Counted from the first letter of the stretch, positions 20,168 to 31,241 are shown. The stretch: DNA of 64,000 nucleotides from Spirulina sp. (GCA_044070495.1 JBIPSI010000001.1:96001-160000); one strand, 5' to 3'. The notes: generated by a model not told the origin, from the letters alone. Program-made: numbers and translations.

Positions 20168-21226
20168 CTAGGCCGATACCCCCACCTCAACCTCGGTGTT
20201 GGCATTGGCGACAGACGCGCCATTCATGGCCTGCCAGGGTTTGCCATCGAGGGCCATCTGTTCAATCATGCTGGCTAGGCGCAGGGCTTTGAGGGCCTGT
20301 TCGCCCCCTACCGAGGGCTGTTCGCCACCGCGCACACAGTTAATAAAGTGCTCTAGCTCGGCGTGGAGCGGCTCAATGTTGCTGGTGTAGACCTTTTCAA
20401 TTAGGCCATCCTGGCGGTAGAGCACCTGCCCGTAGTCGCTGGAGCAATCGGCGATGGTTTGGCGGTGGATCAGTATCTCGTTGTTGAGGAAATCGGCCTC
20501 GGTTAGCGAGTTTTTGCAGTGGGCCATGATGGTGCGAATTTTGCGGTGGGTCACCTTGCTGGCGGTGAGGGTAGCCACAATGCCGTTGCTAAAGCCCAGG
20601 GTGGCGGTCACATAGTCGAGGTAGTCGGAGTGGGTGATGCGGCCCCCGCTGGCGGTGAGGGTAGACACCTCGGCCCCCGCCAGTTCTAGCAGCAGATCAA
20701 TGTCGTGGATCATCAGATCCAGCACCACCGACACATCGTTGGCCCGCTGGGAGTAGGGGCTCATGCGACGGGCCTCTAGGGCCAGCAGTTCCTCGGTTTT
20801 GAGCACCTTATGGAGTTCTTGGAAAGCGGGATTAAACCGCTCGATGTGGCCCACCTGCAAAATGCAATTCGTGGCGGCGGCGGCGTTGACTAGGGATTCG
20901 GCCTCGGCAATGCTGGCGGCGATGGGTTTTTCAATTAGCACATGCACCCCCGCCTGGAGGCAGGCCATCCCCACCGCATGGTGCAGCCGAGTGGGCACCG
21001 CCACACACACCGCATCCACATGCTGAATCAGGTCTTGGTAATCCTCAAAAAACCGCACCCGATATTTCCCGGCGGTATCTAGGCCCCGCTCCACATTCAC
21101 ATCGGAAATCCCGACCAGCTCTACATCCTTGAAACGACTAAGCACACGGGTATGATGTTGGCCCATGTTGCCCACACCAATAACACCAACACGAAGCGGA
21201 TCGGGTAGATTGCGGGGTAAAGTCAT
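20168..21226 (-). CDS. Gfo/Idh/MocA family oxidoreductase
   Basis: VGVIGVGNMG, VLIEKP, GHIERFNP, DLMIHDID. Confidence 0.92.
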   Translation of the reverse strand: MTLPRNLPDPLRVGVIGVGNMGQHHTRVLSRFKDVELVGISDVNVERGLDTAGKYRVRFFEDYQDLIQHVDAVCVAVPTRLHHAVGMACLQAGVHVLIEKPIAASIAEAESLVNAAAATNCILQVGHIERFNPAFQELHKVLKTEELLALEARRMSPYSQRANDVSVVLDLMIHDIDLLLELAGAEVSTLTASGGRITHSDYLDYVTATLGFSNGIVATLTASKVTHRKIRTIMAHCKNSLTEADFLNNEILIHRQTIADCSSDYGQVLYRQDGLIEKVYTSNIEPLHAELEHFINCVRGGEQPSVGGEQALKALRLASMIEQMALDGKPWQAMNGASVANANTEVEVGVSA

Positions 21227-21630
21227 AGCTAGGGCAAGGGTGAAGTTAGGGTAAATCGTCCTGAGTTGTTTAGCTAGGTGGCTAAACCAGTTGTCCCTAC
21301 GGCAGAGGGGCCAAACATCTGGAGGGAATGGGACTAGGCAGAAATCATCCAGATACTATCACAATGCTTCAACTCGTGAAGATTCATAACGAAAGTTGAA
21401 AATCTCCGGTCAAGGGAATTTGCAACCCCTAGCAAGCTGAAGGATTACCCCCCTGTCCCGGGGGCAGGCCTTGGGGCAACGCCATTGGCCCAAGGTCACC
21501 GGAAAACGGCGATGAACAACACCCCCAGCGTAGGGAAAGGGGGCGTCAGCGGTGCTTAATCTGTGTCAGTTTATGAGGTGGCCCTAGTTATGAGGTGACC
21601 CTAGGCCCCCATCCGTCCATCGGCAGCGGC

Positions 21631-23016
21631 TTAGGTCAGGGGGTCGAGGGTGCGGACGAGGATTTCCTCTAGCCGTGGCCCCTGGGTGGAGAGAATGCGC
21701 CATTCCCGTCCGGCGTAGATCAGGCTTTCCCCTTCGTGGGGGATCTTCTGCATTCGATAGATCAAAAAACCGCCCAGGGTTTGGTAATCGTCGCTGTAGG
21801 GAAGCTCCAACCCCAGCAGTTGATTGACATCGTAGAGATCGGCCTGGGCCTTGACCCGGTAGGACTGGGCATCTAGGCGCTGCACCAGGGCATCGTCTCC
21901 CCCATCGGGGGGATGCACATCGCCAATGATTTCCGTGGTCAGATCTCGCAGGGTGAGCAGTCCGGCGGTGCCGCCAAATTCGTCCACCACCATCACCAGT
22001 TCGTGGCCCGTGCGCTGCATGGTGGCCAAAATTTCGTGGAGGGGGGTGTATTCCGGCACGAAGCGGGCGGGTTTGATCCATGGCTGAAGCGGGGTTTCGG
22101 GGGTAAGCGCCTGCTGGGCAAGGGGCTGGAGCAAATGCTTGAGATCGACCATGCCCTGAATGTCGTCGAGGGAGTCGCCCATGATGGGGTAACGGGAATG
22201 CTCGGTGGTCGCCATGGCCTCCAGCAGGTCGCCAAAGCAGGCGGACAGGGGCAGGGCGTGAATTTGGGTGCGGGGCACCATAATTTCCCCGGCGGTGACA
22301 TCCCGAAATTCAAACACATTGTTCAGCAATTCCCGCTCCTCCGCATCCAGGCCAGGGGTTTCGGTGGTGGTACGGATGATGAGCTGCAATTCCTCCGGCG
22401 TCAGGCGGCTATAGCCAAACTGATCGCTATATTCAATGCGTACCAGCCGCAGCAGCAGGCGGGTGGATTGGTTCAAAATCCAAATGAAGGGATTGAACAG
22501 GCGGGCAATGGTGAGGCTGGGCGGCCCTAGGAAGCGAGCAAGCTGTTCTGGGTAGAGCATCGCCACCGATTTGGGACAGAGTTCCCCCAGCACAATTTGC
22601 AGGTAGGCCACCCCAAAAAACGCCACCGGAATCGCCAGGGTGTGGGCCAGGGCTTCCCCCTGTCCGTGGGTGAGGGGGGTTTGGGCCAAGCCGTAGGCCA
22701 CGATTACCGCCATGGTGCCTTCCCCAATCCAGCCGAGGGCTAAGCTGGACAGGGTGATGCCGAGTTGGGTGGTCGAAAGCAGGCGATCCAGGCTGCGCTG
22801 GAGTTGCTGCACCGTTTTGGCCTGGACATCTCCCTGGGCCACCAGTTGGCTAATCCGCGACCGCCGCACCGACACAATGGAAAACTCAGCGGCCACAAAA
22901 AAGGCATTGATACCAATCAGTAGAAACACCGCCATCAGCCGAGAGATCACCGCCGCAACGGGCAGGGTGTCGGGAATGACTAGGCTGAGAATAAGGATGG
23001 AGAAAGAAAGGTGCAT
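21631..23016 (-). CDS. Hemolysin-family CNNM/CBS/CorC protein
   Basis: FFVAAEFS, QLGIT, GELCPK, MVPR, VVDEFGGTAG, TLGG. Confidence 0.92.
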   Translation of the reverse strand: MHLSFSILILSLVIPDTLPVAAVISRLMAVFLLIGINAFFVAAEFSIVSVRRSRISQLVAQGDVQAKTVQQLQRSLDRLLSTTQLGITLSSLALGWIGEGTMAVIVAYGLAQTPLTHGQGEALAHTLAIPVAFFGVAYLQIVLGELCPKSVAMLYPEQLARFLGPPSLTIARLFNPFIWILNQSTRLLLRLVRIEYSDQFGYSRLTPEELQLIIRTTTETPGLDAEERELLNNVFEFRDVTAGEIMVPRTQIHALPLSACFGDLLEAMATTEHSRYPIMGDSLDDIQGMVDLKHLLQPLAQQALTPETPLQPWIKPARFVPEYTPLHEILATMQRTGHELVMVVDEFGGTAGLLTLRDLTTEIIGDVHPPDGGDDALVQRLDAQSYRVKAQADLYDVNQLLGLELPYSDDYQTLGGFLIYRMQKIPHEGESLIYAGREWRILSTQGPRLEEILVRTLDPLT

Positions 23017-23067
23017 AGGGTAACAGAGCCCTAGGGTGCTCCTCCAGGGGAGCCGTCGCCCACGGGC

Positions 23068-23319
23068 CTACTGAACTCCACCATTAATACGGGCCTTCAC
23101 CTGATCCAGAATCTCTGCCTCGCTGGCAAACACGGCTTCCCCAGAGTTGTTAGCGTTGGCCTCGCGGCTGATGGGCGTACCGCTGGTGGGTCGGGCGTCG
23201 GGTTGTCGAATACCAGTTAGCGCCTGACGCCCCAGCGTAAACCCCCAGGAGGCACTGACGACACCAGCCCCCATCATGAGCGACAGTAAAATCAGCGTAA
23301 ACGCAACGGCGGGGTTCAT
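23068..23319 (-). CDS. Small hypothetical membrane protein
   Basis: N-terminal TM helix, GRQALTGI.QPD.RP. Confidence 0.65.
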   Translation of the reverse strand: MNPAVAFTLILLSLMMGAGVVSASWGFTLGRQALTGIRQPDARPTSGTPISREANANNSGEAVFASEAEILDQVKARINGGVQ

Positions 23320-23583
23320 AGGATTGTCTGGTTAGGAGAACAGCTACAACAACTGGGATGCCCCAAAGGTTTTGGTCTCATGCCTTGCAACTAACCAATC
23401 CTATGGGGTAATGGCTCGGTTAGGATGCTTATTTTAGCAACATCTCCCTGAGCCGGAACGACAATTCTGCAACCGGCCTACACCGAGGATCCATGTTCAG
23501 GAACGATAAAATTTAAAAAACCTAAAAAGCTCCCTCAAAAATCGAGCGCTTCCCTGAACAACGCCCTACAATAGGGTCAACTC

Positions 23584-23656
23584 CCAGGGTTGGCCGAGCG
23601 GATGAGGCAGCGAACTCATAATTCGCCTTAGGCAGGTTCAACTCCTGCACCCTGGA
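23584..23656 (+). tRNA. tRNA with CAT anticodon, probably tRNA-Ile2 (lysidine) rather than Met
   Basis: Acceptor stem CCAGGGT/ACCCTGG, anticodon arm GCGAA-CTCATAA-TTCGC, T-loop GGTTCAACTCC; resembles the plastid/cyanobacterial trnI-CAU type. Confidence 0.9.
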
Positions 23657-24035
23657 TTACCGCCACCAAATCACCGCCACCTCCCTTAGAGAACGTGTGA
23701 AAAGCTGAAGCATGTCCCAAGTTGTACCGATGAGGTCAGCCTCAGTCGTCAAAAATCCCGTAGATTTGCACCGATCTAGCGACCAACCGCACCTGAAGCA
23801 AGCCTTTTCAAACGCCCTCTTAAGGAAATCCTATAAAGAAATCCTACTCAGCTCCGTAGCTGACTGACCTCAGTTTGGGATTAGCCAAGCATTGCAATCA
23901 AACACGGCAATGAGGTTATGTAAAAACCACCCTTCCCATGACACTGGGGACGGGTGGCTAAGGTGACGGTGAACCCCAAGCAACAAAAACATCGCACTCG
24001 GTTTTCTCACCAGCGATGAACAGCAGCAAACAAAC

Positions 24036-24446
24036 CTAGAAGCGCTCGAAGATGAACTCCGTACCCACCAGGGGAAGCTGGCTGCTGGGAGTCGTGAGCA
24101 GAGAAGAGGTGTAGGGAGTGGCCAAGTCGGGAACCCGCAGGGTGGGGTCAACGGTGTTTTGCAGACGCATGAGTTCTCGGAATGCGGTGGTGGTGGCGTT
24201 GGCATCCCACTCTAGCTCGCGTTCGGGGAACCCAAACCCGACAATCCGTGCGCCCTGGCGGCTAATGGTGCGGTTGCTAAAAAAGTCGCCCGAATAGGTG
24301 GACATCAGATCGTTGAAGGCATCGGGGATGGTGGGTAAATCAGTGGTTGGCCCGTCTTGGGCCATTGCGGCGGGCGCAAGCGTCAGCGTTGCAGCGAACA
24401 AACCTAGTAGACCAGAAATTTGCGCTAGTCGAATGGTCATGGCCAC
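24036..24446 (-). CDS. Hypothetical secreted protein
   Basis: Signal peptide ending AMA; GAGGAGG RBS; LRVPDLATPYTSSL. Confidence 0.7.
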   Translation of the reverse strand: MAMTIRLAQISGLLGLFAATLTLAPAAMAQDGPTTDLPTIPDAFNDLMSTYSGDFFSNRTISRQGARIVGFGFPERELEWDANATTTAFRELMRLQNTVDPTLRVPDLATPYTSSLLTTPSSQLPLVGTEFIFERF

Positions 24447-24542
24447 GCCTCCTCAAAACCCTACAAACAGTCCTTCATCCCCTTTATATCGCACAGGCTG
24501 AAAAGCGGCACAGATTTTCCGCCCAATTCGGATGTCGTATTG

Positions 24543-24606
24543 TTACGGTAAATGCCTGATTACGGTAAATGCCTGGTTATGGTGAATAACGGGTTCACGG
24601 TAATAA
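24543..24606. repeat. 17-bp tandem repeat in a divergent promoter region
   Basis: TTACGGTAAATGCCTGA, TTACGGTAAATGCCTGG and two decayed copies. Confidence 0.7.
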
Positions 24607-24688
24607 TCCTTGCGCTCCACAGGTCACAGGGCACGAACCCGTCCTATGCTTAATCTTGCTTAGCTAAATTATTGAACTGTCCGACGGC

Positions 24689-25303
24689 ATGACTGAGTTT
24701 TCCTCCCAATACAACGGCCCAGATCTCGTTCAGATGGACGAAGTGGCCCTGCGCCTCGCCTTGCTTGACCTGATTTGCCAGGGAGCCTACCAGGAGGGGG
24801 ATTTTGTCCTCACCTCTGGGCAGCGCAGCACCTACTACATCAACGGCAAGTTAGTCACCCTCCATCCCCAGGGGGCGCTGATGCTGGGGCGGCTGATGCT
24901 GGCGCAGGTTGGCCCAGCGGTGACGGGGGTGGCGGGGCTAACCCTGGGGGCCGATCCCATGGTGTCCGCCGTGAGCCTAGTGGCGATGTATGGCGGGCGG
25001 CAACTGTTTCCGTTGATTATCCGCAAGGAGGCCAAGGGCCACGGCACCAAAGCCTACATTGAAGGGGTGAGCCTGCAGGCAGGCAGTGTGATCACCGTGC
25101 TGGAGGACGTGGTCACCACCGGGCAATCGGCCCTGAAGGCGGTGGATCGGCTCCAGGCGGCGGGTTATCAGGTGGATCAAATCCTGGCCCTGGTGGATCG
25201 GCAGCAGGGTGGGGCAGAACTCTATGCCGAACGGGGGCTTGCCTTTACGGCCTTGTTTAGCCTGCCCGAAATCCAAGCCCACTGGGCCAGCCGGAACGCC
25301 TAG
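24689..25303 (+). CDS. pyrE: Orotate phosphoribosyltransferase
   Basis: FVLTSGQRS.YY, IRKEAKGHG, VLEDVVTTGQS. Confidence 0.95.
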   Translation: MTEFSSQYNGPDLVQMDEVALRLALLDLICQGAYQEGDFVLTSGQRSTYYINGKLVTLHPQGALMLGRLMLAQVGPAVTGVAGLTLGADPMVSAVSLVAMYGGRQLFPLIIRKEAKGHGTKAYIEGVSLQAGSVITVLEDVVTTGQSALKAVDRLQAAGYQVDQILALVDRQQGGAELYAERGLAFTALFSLPEIQAHWASRNA

Positions 25304-25306
25304 GCC

Positions 25307-25780
25307 ATGGCTCACCCCCGTCCTGACATTGCCTTTATCCCCACCCCGCCCGATGCCGTGGCGGCGATGCTGGCTCTGGCCGAACTTACCCCAGCGGATC
25401 GGGTCTACGATCTGGGCTGTGGCGATGGTCGGCTGCTGATTCAGGCGGCCTCGGTCTACGGCGTTAGCGGCGTGGGTATGGATATCAACCCCGACCTCTT
25501 GGCCCAGGCGCGACTCGATGCCCAGGCGGCGGGGGTGGGGGATCGGCTCACCTTCCTCCAGGGCAACCTGTTTGAGTGCGATGTGCGGCAGGCAACGGTG
25601 GTGTTGATCTATCTTCTCCCCCACCTCAATCTGAGGTTGCGCCCCCACCTACTCAGCCAGCTTCAGCCCGCTGCCCGGATCATCTCCCACCAGTTTGATA
25701 TGGGCGACTGGCTACCGGAGGCCGTGGTCAAACTAGAACCCTCCGAAGAGGACTCGGTGCTTTACCGCTGGCGGATCTAG
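25307..25780 (+). CDS. Class I SAM-dependent methyltransferase
   Basis: FIPTP, VYDLGCGDGR. Confidence 0.9.
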   Translation: MAHPRPDIAFIPTPPDAVAAMLALAELTPADRVYDLGCGDGRLLIQAASVYGVSGVGMDINPDLLAQARLDAQAAGVGDRLTFLQGNLFECDVRQATVVLIYLLPHLNLRLRPHLLSQLQPAARIISHQFDMGDWLPEAVVKLEPSEEDSVLYRWRI

Positions 25781-26817
25781 GCCGCAGACTTTTGGGCCAC
25801 CCAGTACTTGCTCATAAAGTGGATTTGGTTGCTGACAGAGGCAAATCCGGCCTCGGTGAGTCGTTGATTGAGGTCGTCGGTGGTGTAGTGGCGGTAGTAG
25901 GGTTCGTGGAACATGGCCGGGAAGTTGTCCATCATCACCTCAAATTCGGGGGAATCGAGCCGCTGAATGGAGTCGCAGATGATGAAGGTGCCCCCCGGTT
26001 TAACCACCCGATAGGCTTCGTTGATCACGTTCTGGCGGGCCTCGGCGGGTAGCTCGTGGAACAGAAAGACGCTGACCACGGCATCAAAATACTCACCCAC
26101 AAAGGGTAGGTCTTCGCCGTTGGCCTGCACCAGTTGGGGCAGCACCCCCGGTTTAGCAGACAGCAGGCCGTTGGCCTTTCGCAGGTAAGCCGGGGACAAA
26201 TCCACCCCGTACAGCGATGCCTGGGGCAGGGTGTCGCGGATCATGCTGAGGGTGCGCCCGGTACCGCAGGCAATGTCGAGGATCTTGGCCTTGGGGTTGG
26301 CCAAGCTGGCCTTGAGGGGCGGCAGGATGCGTCGCCGCATGGGGTCGGCGGTGCCATTGAAGAGCAGTTCCACCTGGAGGTCGTAGAGGTTGGCCGACAT
26401 ATCACTGAGATAGCCGTTGGTTTGGTGGTGGAAGTTTTGCAGGTAGTACTTGGGGTAGCCGGAGGTGTCGATGTCGGCATCGAAGCTGTGGTAGTTGCGG
26501 CGATTCACCCGTTCCCAGATGCCGGGTAGGTCTAGGCACACCAGGGGATAAAACCGGAAAAACTCGTCCCAGGGGTTATCAAACAACAGTTCCTTGGGGT
26601 AAACCCCGGCCTCCGCATCGGCCCAATCCTGCTCTAACAGATCATTAATCCGCCGCTGAAGCAATTGAAGGGTGTCAAGGCCAGGATCCTGCACCTTCAC
26701 CTGGGGCGGGTTGATGGCTCGCATCAGTCGTCCGCTGAGGGATTTGTGGGTGACTCCAAAAACGCTTTTTCCCTGCTGGAAGGTTTGGTAGGCCAGCTTC
26801 GTGATTGTGTCGGGCAT
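25777..26817 (-). CDS. Class I SAM-dependent methyltransferase
   Basis: YYLQNFHHQTNGYLS, ILDIACGTG, FLFHELP; likely start MPDTITK at 26817, not 27237. Confidence 0.9.
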   Translation of the reverse strand: MPDTITKLAYQTFQQGKSVFGVTHKSLSGRLMRAINPPQVKVQDPGLDTLQLLQRRINDLLEQDWADAEAGVYPKELLFDNPWDEFFRFYPLVCLDLPGIWERVNRRNYHSFDADIDTSGYPKYYLQNFHHQTNGYLSDMSANLYDLQVELLFNGTADPMRRRILPPLKASLANPKAKILDIACGTGRTLSMIRDTLPQASLYGVDLSPAYLRKANGLLSAKPGVLPQLVQANGEDLPFVGEYFDAVVSVFLFHELPAEARQNVINEAYRVVKPGGTFIICDSIQRLDSPEFEVMMDNFPAMFHEPYYRHYTTDDLNQRLTEAGFASVSNQIHFMSKYWVAQKSAA

Positions 26818-26853
26818 GGGTGGCGATTTATTTTTTTCAAAAAAATATACGTT

Positions 26854-26871
26854 GGCGTAAACAATTGTAAC
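26854..26871 (-). promoter_or_regulatory. HLR1-like (RpaB) direct repeat
   Basis: Minus strand GTTACAAT-TG-TTTACGCC just upstream of a TATATT -10 candidate; second half-site imperfect. Confidence 0.4.
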
Positions 26872-27219
26872 GACTTTTTCTAGCCAAGGCATCCCAGGAT
26901 CACCCTGCCAAGACTGACCCACCGACGGATACTGCGCGGCACAATCTTGATGTCTCGTACTTGATATCTCACAGGTTGGGAGGCGCGATGGTCGATGCGG
27001 TTGGCGAATGGCTCCCATGCCTTGCTTCCCGTGGGGTAAGGGCAAAGCTAAGTTGGGAATGGTGATGAGTCCGATAAGCAAATCCTGTCGCCAGGGCATC
27101 CTCGGATGTGGGATAACAGTAGGGTGGGCGATAACTGGGGTCGTCGTGCTTTGGCGCGAGGAAATCCTTGGGGAAATCGCGGCCAGGAGATTATTTTTAG
27201 GGGATGACGGGGAACGCCA

Positions 27220-28008
27220 ATGGAAAAGCTGCTGCAAGGGTTACGGGAATTCCAGGAGCACTACATCCCCGCCCACCAAGAATTGATTCAGGAACTCGCC
27301 AAGGGGCAGCATCCTAGGGTGCTGTTCATCGGCTGTTCCGATTCGCGGGTCGATCCCACCATCATTACCCAGTCTGAAATTGGGGATCTGTTCATTATCC
27401 GCAACGCTGGCAATATTGTTCCTCCCTACCAAGCTACCAACGGCGGCGAAGGGGCCACCATTGAATACGCCCTAGAGGCTCTCAACATTAAGCAAATTAT
27501 CGTCTGTGGCCACACCCAATGCGGAGCCATGAAGGGGCTGCTGCAACTGGGGGAACTGGAGGAGAAGATGCCGCTGGTCTACGACTGGCTGAACCATACG
27601 CAGGCCACCCGTAAGCTAGTGTTCGACCACTACAGCGACCGCAGCAAGAAGGAAAAGCTCGATCTGTTGGTGGCCCAAAACGTGCTTACCCAGATGGACA
27701 ACCTACGTACCTATCCCTCCATCCACTCGCGTCTGCACACGGGCGACCTCTCCATCCACGGCTGGCTTTATCACATTGAAAACGGGCAACTATTGGCCTA
27801 CGACGAAGATTACAACGACTTTTTGCCGCCCCACAGCAAAATTGATGCCCATGCCAACGCGGCCAAGGTGGTGAAGGCGGGGGGATTGTCTAAGGATCCT
27901 GCCGACATCAAGCCCCCCTTCAACGAACCCGTGCAGCCCTACTGGCCAGGGGCAAACCGGCTCAGCCCAGAACAGGCAGCGCGTCTCTACCGGGGGGCCG
28001 CCGTTTAG
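27220..28008 (+). CDS. ccaA: Beta-carbonic anhydrase, carboxysomal type
   Basis: CSDSR, RNAGN, CGHTQCG; C-terminal LSPEQAARLYRG tail typical of CcaA. Confidence 0.9.
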   Translation: MEKLLQGLREFQEHYIPAHQELIQELAKGQHPRVLFIGCSDSRVDPTIITQSEIGDLFIIRNAGNIVPPYQATNGGEGATIEYALEALNIKQIIVCGHTQCGAMKGLLQLGELEEKMPLVYDWLNHTQATRKLVFDHYSDRSKKEKLDLLVAQNVLTQMDNLRTYPSIHSRLHTGDLSIHGWLYHIENGQLLAYDEDYNDFLPPHSKIDAHANAAKVVKAGGLSKDPADIKPPFNEPVQPYWPGANRLSPEQAARLYRGAAV

Positions 28009-28011
28009 GGT

Positions 28012-28428
28012 ATGGTCTATTCTGCCAAGGGGCCAGGGTTGCCATGCTCCAGGGCCTACGTTGCCCTTGCTAGCCCTCACTTAGAACGGTTGGTGACGTT
28101 CTACGCCGGACTTCTAAGTCAAGCACCCCAACCCCACTGGCCCCAGCGCTACGCCGAATTCAACCATGGCGGGCTTAAATTAGGCATTTTTCAGCCCCAA
28201 GTGACCCACCGAGACGAATTTCAAGCGGATCGGGCCGGAGCCTTGAGCCTATGCCTTGAGGTGACGGATTTAGAACGGGCCATCGCCCACCTAACGCGCC
28301 TCGGCTATCCGCCCCCTGGCCCCATCCTCACGGCCTCCCACGGGCGGGAAATCTACGCCTACGACCCCGATGGCAACCGCCTGATTCTGCACCAGTCGCC
28401 CCCCAGATCGGCGGATTCGGTGGGCTAA
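28012..28428 (+). CDS. VOC/glyoxalase family protein
   Basis: FYAGLL, LSLCLEVTDL, YAYDPDGNRLILH. Confidence 0.85.
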   Translation: MVYSAKGPGLPCSRAYVALASPHLERLVTFYAGLLSQAPQPHWPQRYAEFNHGGLKLGIFQPQVTHRDEFQADRAGALSLCLEVTDLERAIAHLTRLGYPPPGPILTASHGREIYAYDPDGNRLILHQSPPRSADSVG

Positions 28429-28458
28429 CCTAGCTGGCTGCATCAACCTACCGATAGC

Positions 28459-28863
28459 CTAGGAGGCGTTTTTATTCAGCAGCTTGCCCATCACGGCCTT
28501 GAGGCGTTCCGGCTCACAGGGTTTGGTGAGATAGCCCGTGGCCCCAGCGAGGCGAGCCTCTTCGCGGTCGCGCTGGGTGTCGCGGGAGGTGACCATAACA
28601 ATGGGGATATTTTTGAAGCGGGGTAGGCTGCGCACGGTGCGGCAAAGCTCGAAGCCATCGATACCGGGCATGGAGATATCCAGTAGGAGGGCTTTGATGG
28701 AATTTTCTTGATAGATGACCGAGAGCGCATCCACGGCGTTGTCGGCCAGCAGCACCCGATAGCTGGAGTCTAGGGCACGTTTAATCATTTGCTGGCTGAT
28801 CAAGCTGTCGTCTACCGATAAAACGGTTTCTCTCGTCGCAGCATCGGTGGACATAGCGGGCAA
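28459..28863 (-). CDS. Single-domain response regulator (CheY-like)
   Basis: VDDS, LLDISMPGIDG, VTS, YLTKP. Confidence 0.92.
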   Translation of the reverse strand: MPAMSTDAATRETVLSVDDSLISQQMIKRALDSSYRVLLADNAVDALSVIYQENSIKALLLDISMPGIDGFELCRTVRSLPRFKNIPIVMVTSRDTQRDREEARLAGATGYLTKPCEPERLKAVMGKLLNKNAS

Positions 28864-29236
28864 CCTCTTGGGGCTAACAGACAGACCTGGAAACGCTCAA
28901 GGCTAGAAAAACTCGCTGATCAAGCCTTGATGACCAACTAGGGAAATGGTGCACCTCCTCCCACCTAGATCATTCCCCATTCTATTTTGGGGGGCTGCAA
29001 ATGTTATGGTTTTTAACTCATTTCGATTCAACTTTCGATTCGACTATGGTAAGAGGGCGTTTGAAAAGGGTTGCCTCAGGTGCGATTGGTCGCTAGATCG
29101 GTGCAAATCTACGGGATTTTTGACGCTTGAGGCTGACCTCATCGGTATAACTTGGGACAAGCTTCGGCTTTTCAAACGTCCTCTAAGGGCAGCAAATTGA
29201 GGGCGCTTTCGTCGCTAGCTTGAGAACAGATCAGGC

Positions 29237-30337
29237 GTGGTGGTGGCGTCCATAGCTAAGGATAGGGTGGGGAACGTGGTCAAAATAGCCCTCTGGGCGC
29301 TAGGGATAATGGTGGTCTTAGGCATCGCCCTGGAGGTATACCTAAGGGTGCGCTACGGTTTAGGCCATCCGCCCCTGTACGTTGCCGATGTGCGAACGGG
29401 GTATCGCCTAGCCCCCAACCAGCGCCTGCGGCGACGGGGAAACCACATTCTCATCAACGAATACTCCATGCGGGGGCCTGCCGTTACGCCCCAACGCCCC
29501 GCCCAAACGCTACGGGTGCTGCTGCTGGGGGATTCCATTGTCAATGGTGGCTGGTGGACGGATCAGTCGGAACTGATCTCTTTACAGGTGCAGAATCACC
29601 TAGACGACCATCTCAAACCATCCAGTGCAGCCTTTCCGGGCTTAACCCAGGCCGAGGTGCTGAATGCCTCAGCCAATTCCTGGGGGCCACGCAATGAACT
29701 GGGCTATGTGCTGCGCTTTGGTACCTTCGAGGCCCAGGTGGTGCTGCTGGTGATCAACACCGACGATTTGTTCGCCATTGCCCCCCACAGCTACGAACTG
29801 GGTCGCCACCCCGCCTACCCCACCCGCCGCCCGCCCCTGGCCCTGTGGGAGGTCATCCGCCGCCGCCAGCCCTACCAGATCAGTCCAGAACTTCAGGCCC
29901 TCCACGACCAGCCTGGGGATCGGGTGGGGGTAAACCTAGAGGCGATTCGCCAGCTTAACCAGCAAGTGCAGGCGACCCAAGGACGGTTGCTGTTGGCCAT
30001 GACCCCCCTGCGGCGAGAACTGGAAGCCGATGGCCCCCGCGACTATGAACAGGTTGCCCGTCAGCGACTAACGGACTTTGCGGTCAGCGAGGGCATCCCC
30101 TACCTCGACTTTTTGCCCCTCTTCCAAAGCCAGGATCACGAACCTCTCTATTTCGACCACATTCACCTCAGTGCCCAGGGCAACCAGGGAGTGGGCCAAG
30201 CCCTCGCCCAGTGGGTCATCGACCATGGTGCAGATCGTGCGATCTCGACCTATCCCATCCAGGGGCAAGGCCCCGATCTCCGTCTGGGCAACCCTGACAG
30301 CCCCCCAGAACTCCAAGATCTAGACGATCCTTGGTGA
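29237..30337 (+). CDS. SGNH/GDSL hydrolase family protein
   Basis: LLLGDS, INTDD, DHIHLS. Confidence 0.85.
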   Translation: MVVASIAKDRVGNVVKIALWALGIMVVLGIALEVYLRVRYGLGHPPLYVADVRTGYRLAPNQRLRRRGNHILINEYSMRGPAVTPQRPAQTLRVLLLGDSIVNGGWWTDQSELISLQVQNHLDDHLKPSSAAFPGLTQAEVLNASANSWGPRNELGYVLRFGTFEAQVVLLVINTDDLFAIAPHSYELGRHPAYPTRRPPLALWEVIRRRQPYQISPELQALHDQPGDRVGVNLEAIRQLNQQVQATQGRLLLAMTPLRRELEADGPRDYEQVARQRLTDFAVSEGIPYLDFLPLFQSQDHEPLYFDHIHLSAQGNQGVGQALAQWVIDHGADRAISTYPIQGQGPDLRLGNPDSPPELQDLDDPW

Positions 30338-30680
30338 TCTCAGCCCTCGAAACCCGGAGGGAACAGGGGTGCCGATGGCGACGGCGTCCTAAAGCTGTAA
30401 AACCTTTGCCGTTCAGGGGTTTTAGCCGTTTAGCCACGATTTTGCTCAGGGCTTAGACCGGCGAAAAAGCCGTTAACTTTCTTAAAAATGCCCGAAATCT
30501 ACATAAATTAAAGGTTTGAGCGATCCACTTTGGGAAAGTTGCCCTTAGAATGAGTCAGTGAAATTCTGTGTTTACAGGGGTTTCAGCCATTCTGCCGGGT
30601 AGAACCCTGGGGCATTGGCTGCCTTGGGTAAGCCCCTTAGGTGATATCCCCCCACTATTCCCTTTCCCATAGGAGACAAC

Positions 30681-30974
30681 ATGAATAAAGGCGAACTCAT
30701 TGATAAGGTTGCTGAGAAGGCATCTGCCAGCCTAGACAAGGCCATCACCAAGAAAGACGTGGACTCTGTGATTACGGCGACCATCGACGCCATTATGGAA
30801 GCGGTGGCCGAGGGCAAGAAAGTCACCCTAGTGGGTTTTGGCTCCTTCGAGCCCCGCGAGCGCAAGGAACGGGAGGGTCGCAACCCCAAGACGGGCGATA
30901 CCATGGTGATTCCCGCCACCACCGTTCCAGCCTTCTCCGCCGGTAAACTGTTCAAGGAAAAGGTGGCAAAGTAA
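30681..30974 (+). CDS. hup: DNA-binding protein HU
   Basis: MNKGELI, GFGSFE, GRNPKTG, PAFSAGK; AGGAG RBS. Confidence 0.96.
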   Translation: MNKGELIDKVAEKASASLDKAITKKDVDSVITATIDAIMEAVAEGKKVTLVGFGSFEPRERKEREGRNPKTGDTMVIPATTVPAFSAGKLFKEKVAK

Positions 30975-30998
30975 GGCCTCCTAACGTTTTTCAGCGAT

Positions 30999-31073
30999 AA
31001 ACGACCAGTACAAAGGGAACCTTCGCCGAAGCAGCGAACACTTGGCGATTCCCTAGGGTGCTGGTCGTTTTTT
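30999..31073 (+). terminator. Long stem-loop with T tract after hup
   Basis: AAACGACCAGTAC...GTGCTGGTCGTTTTTT. Confidence 0.55.
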
Positions 31074-31241
31074 GTGCTGGTTCCTTGGACTAAGGCCAAC
31101 GGTTTACCCCGCGAACACAGCAACCCCAAGGATGAAACGCCCTCGCCTAAAACGCCCTCGCCGGATCGCGTCCGCCGCCCGTGGACAGGAAACCAATCCT
31201 TTCGGCGCGTCTTTTGGCTATCTTTTTGCTAAAAATGAGCA

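Noticed and set aside
26818..27237. 140-aa N-terminal extension of the methyltransferase ORF
   Set aside because: Spans the divergent promoter region and overlaps the ccaA start; the recognisable domain begins at 26817
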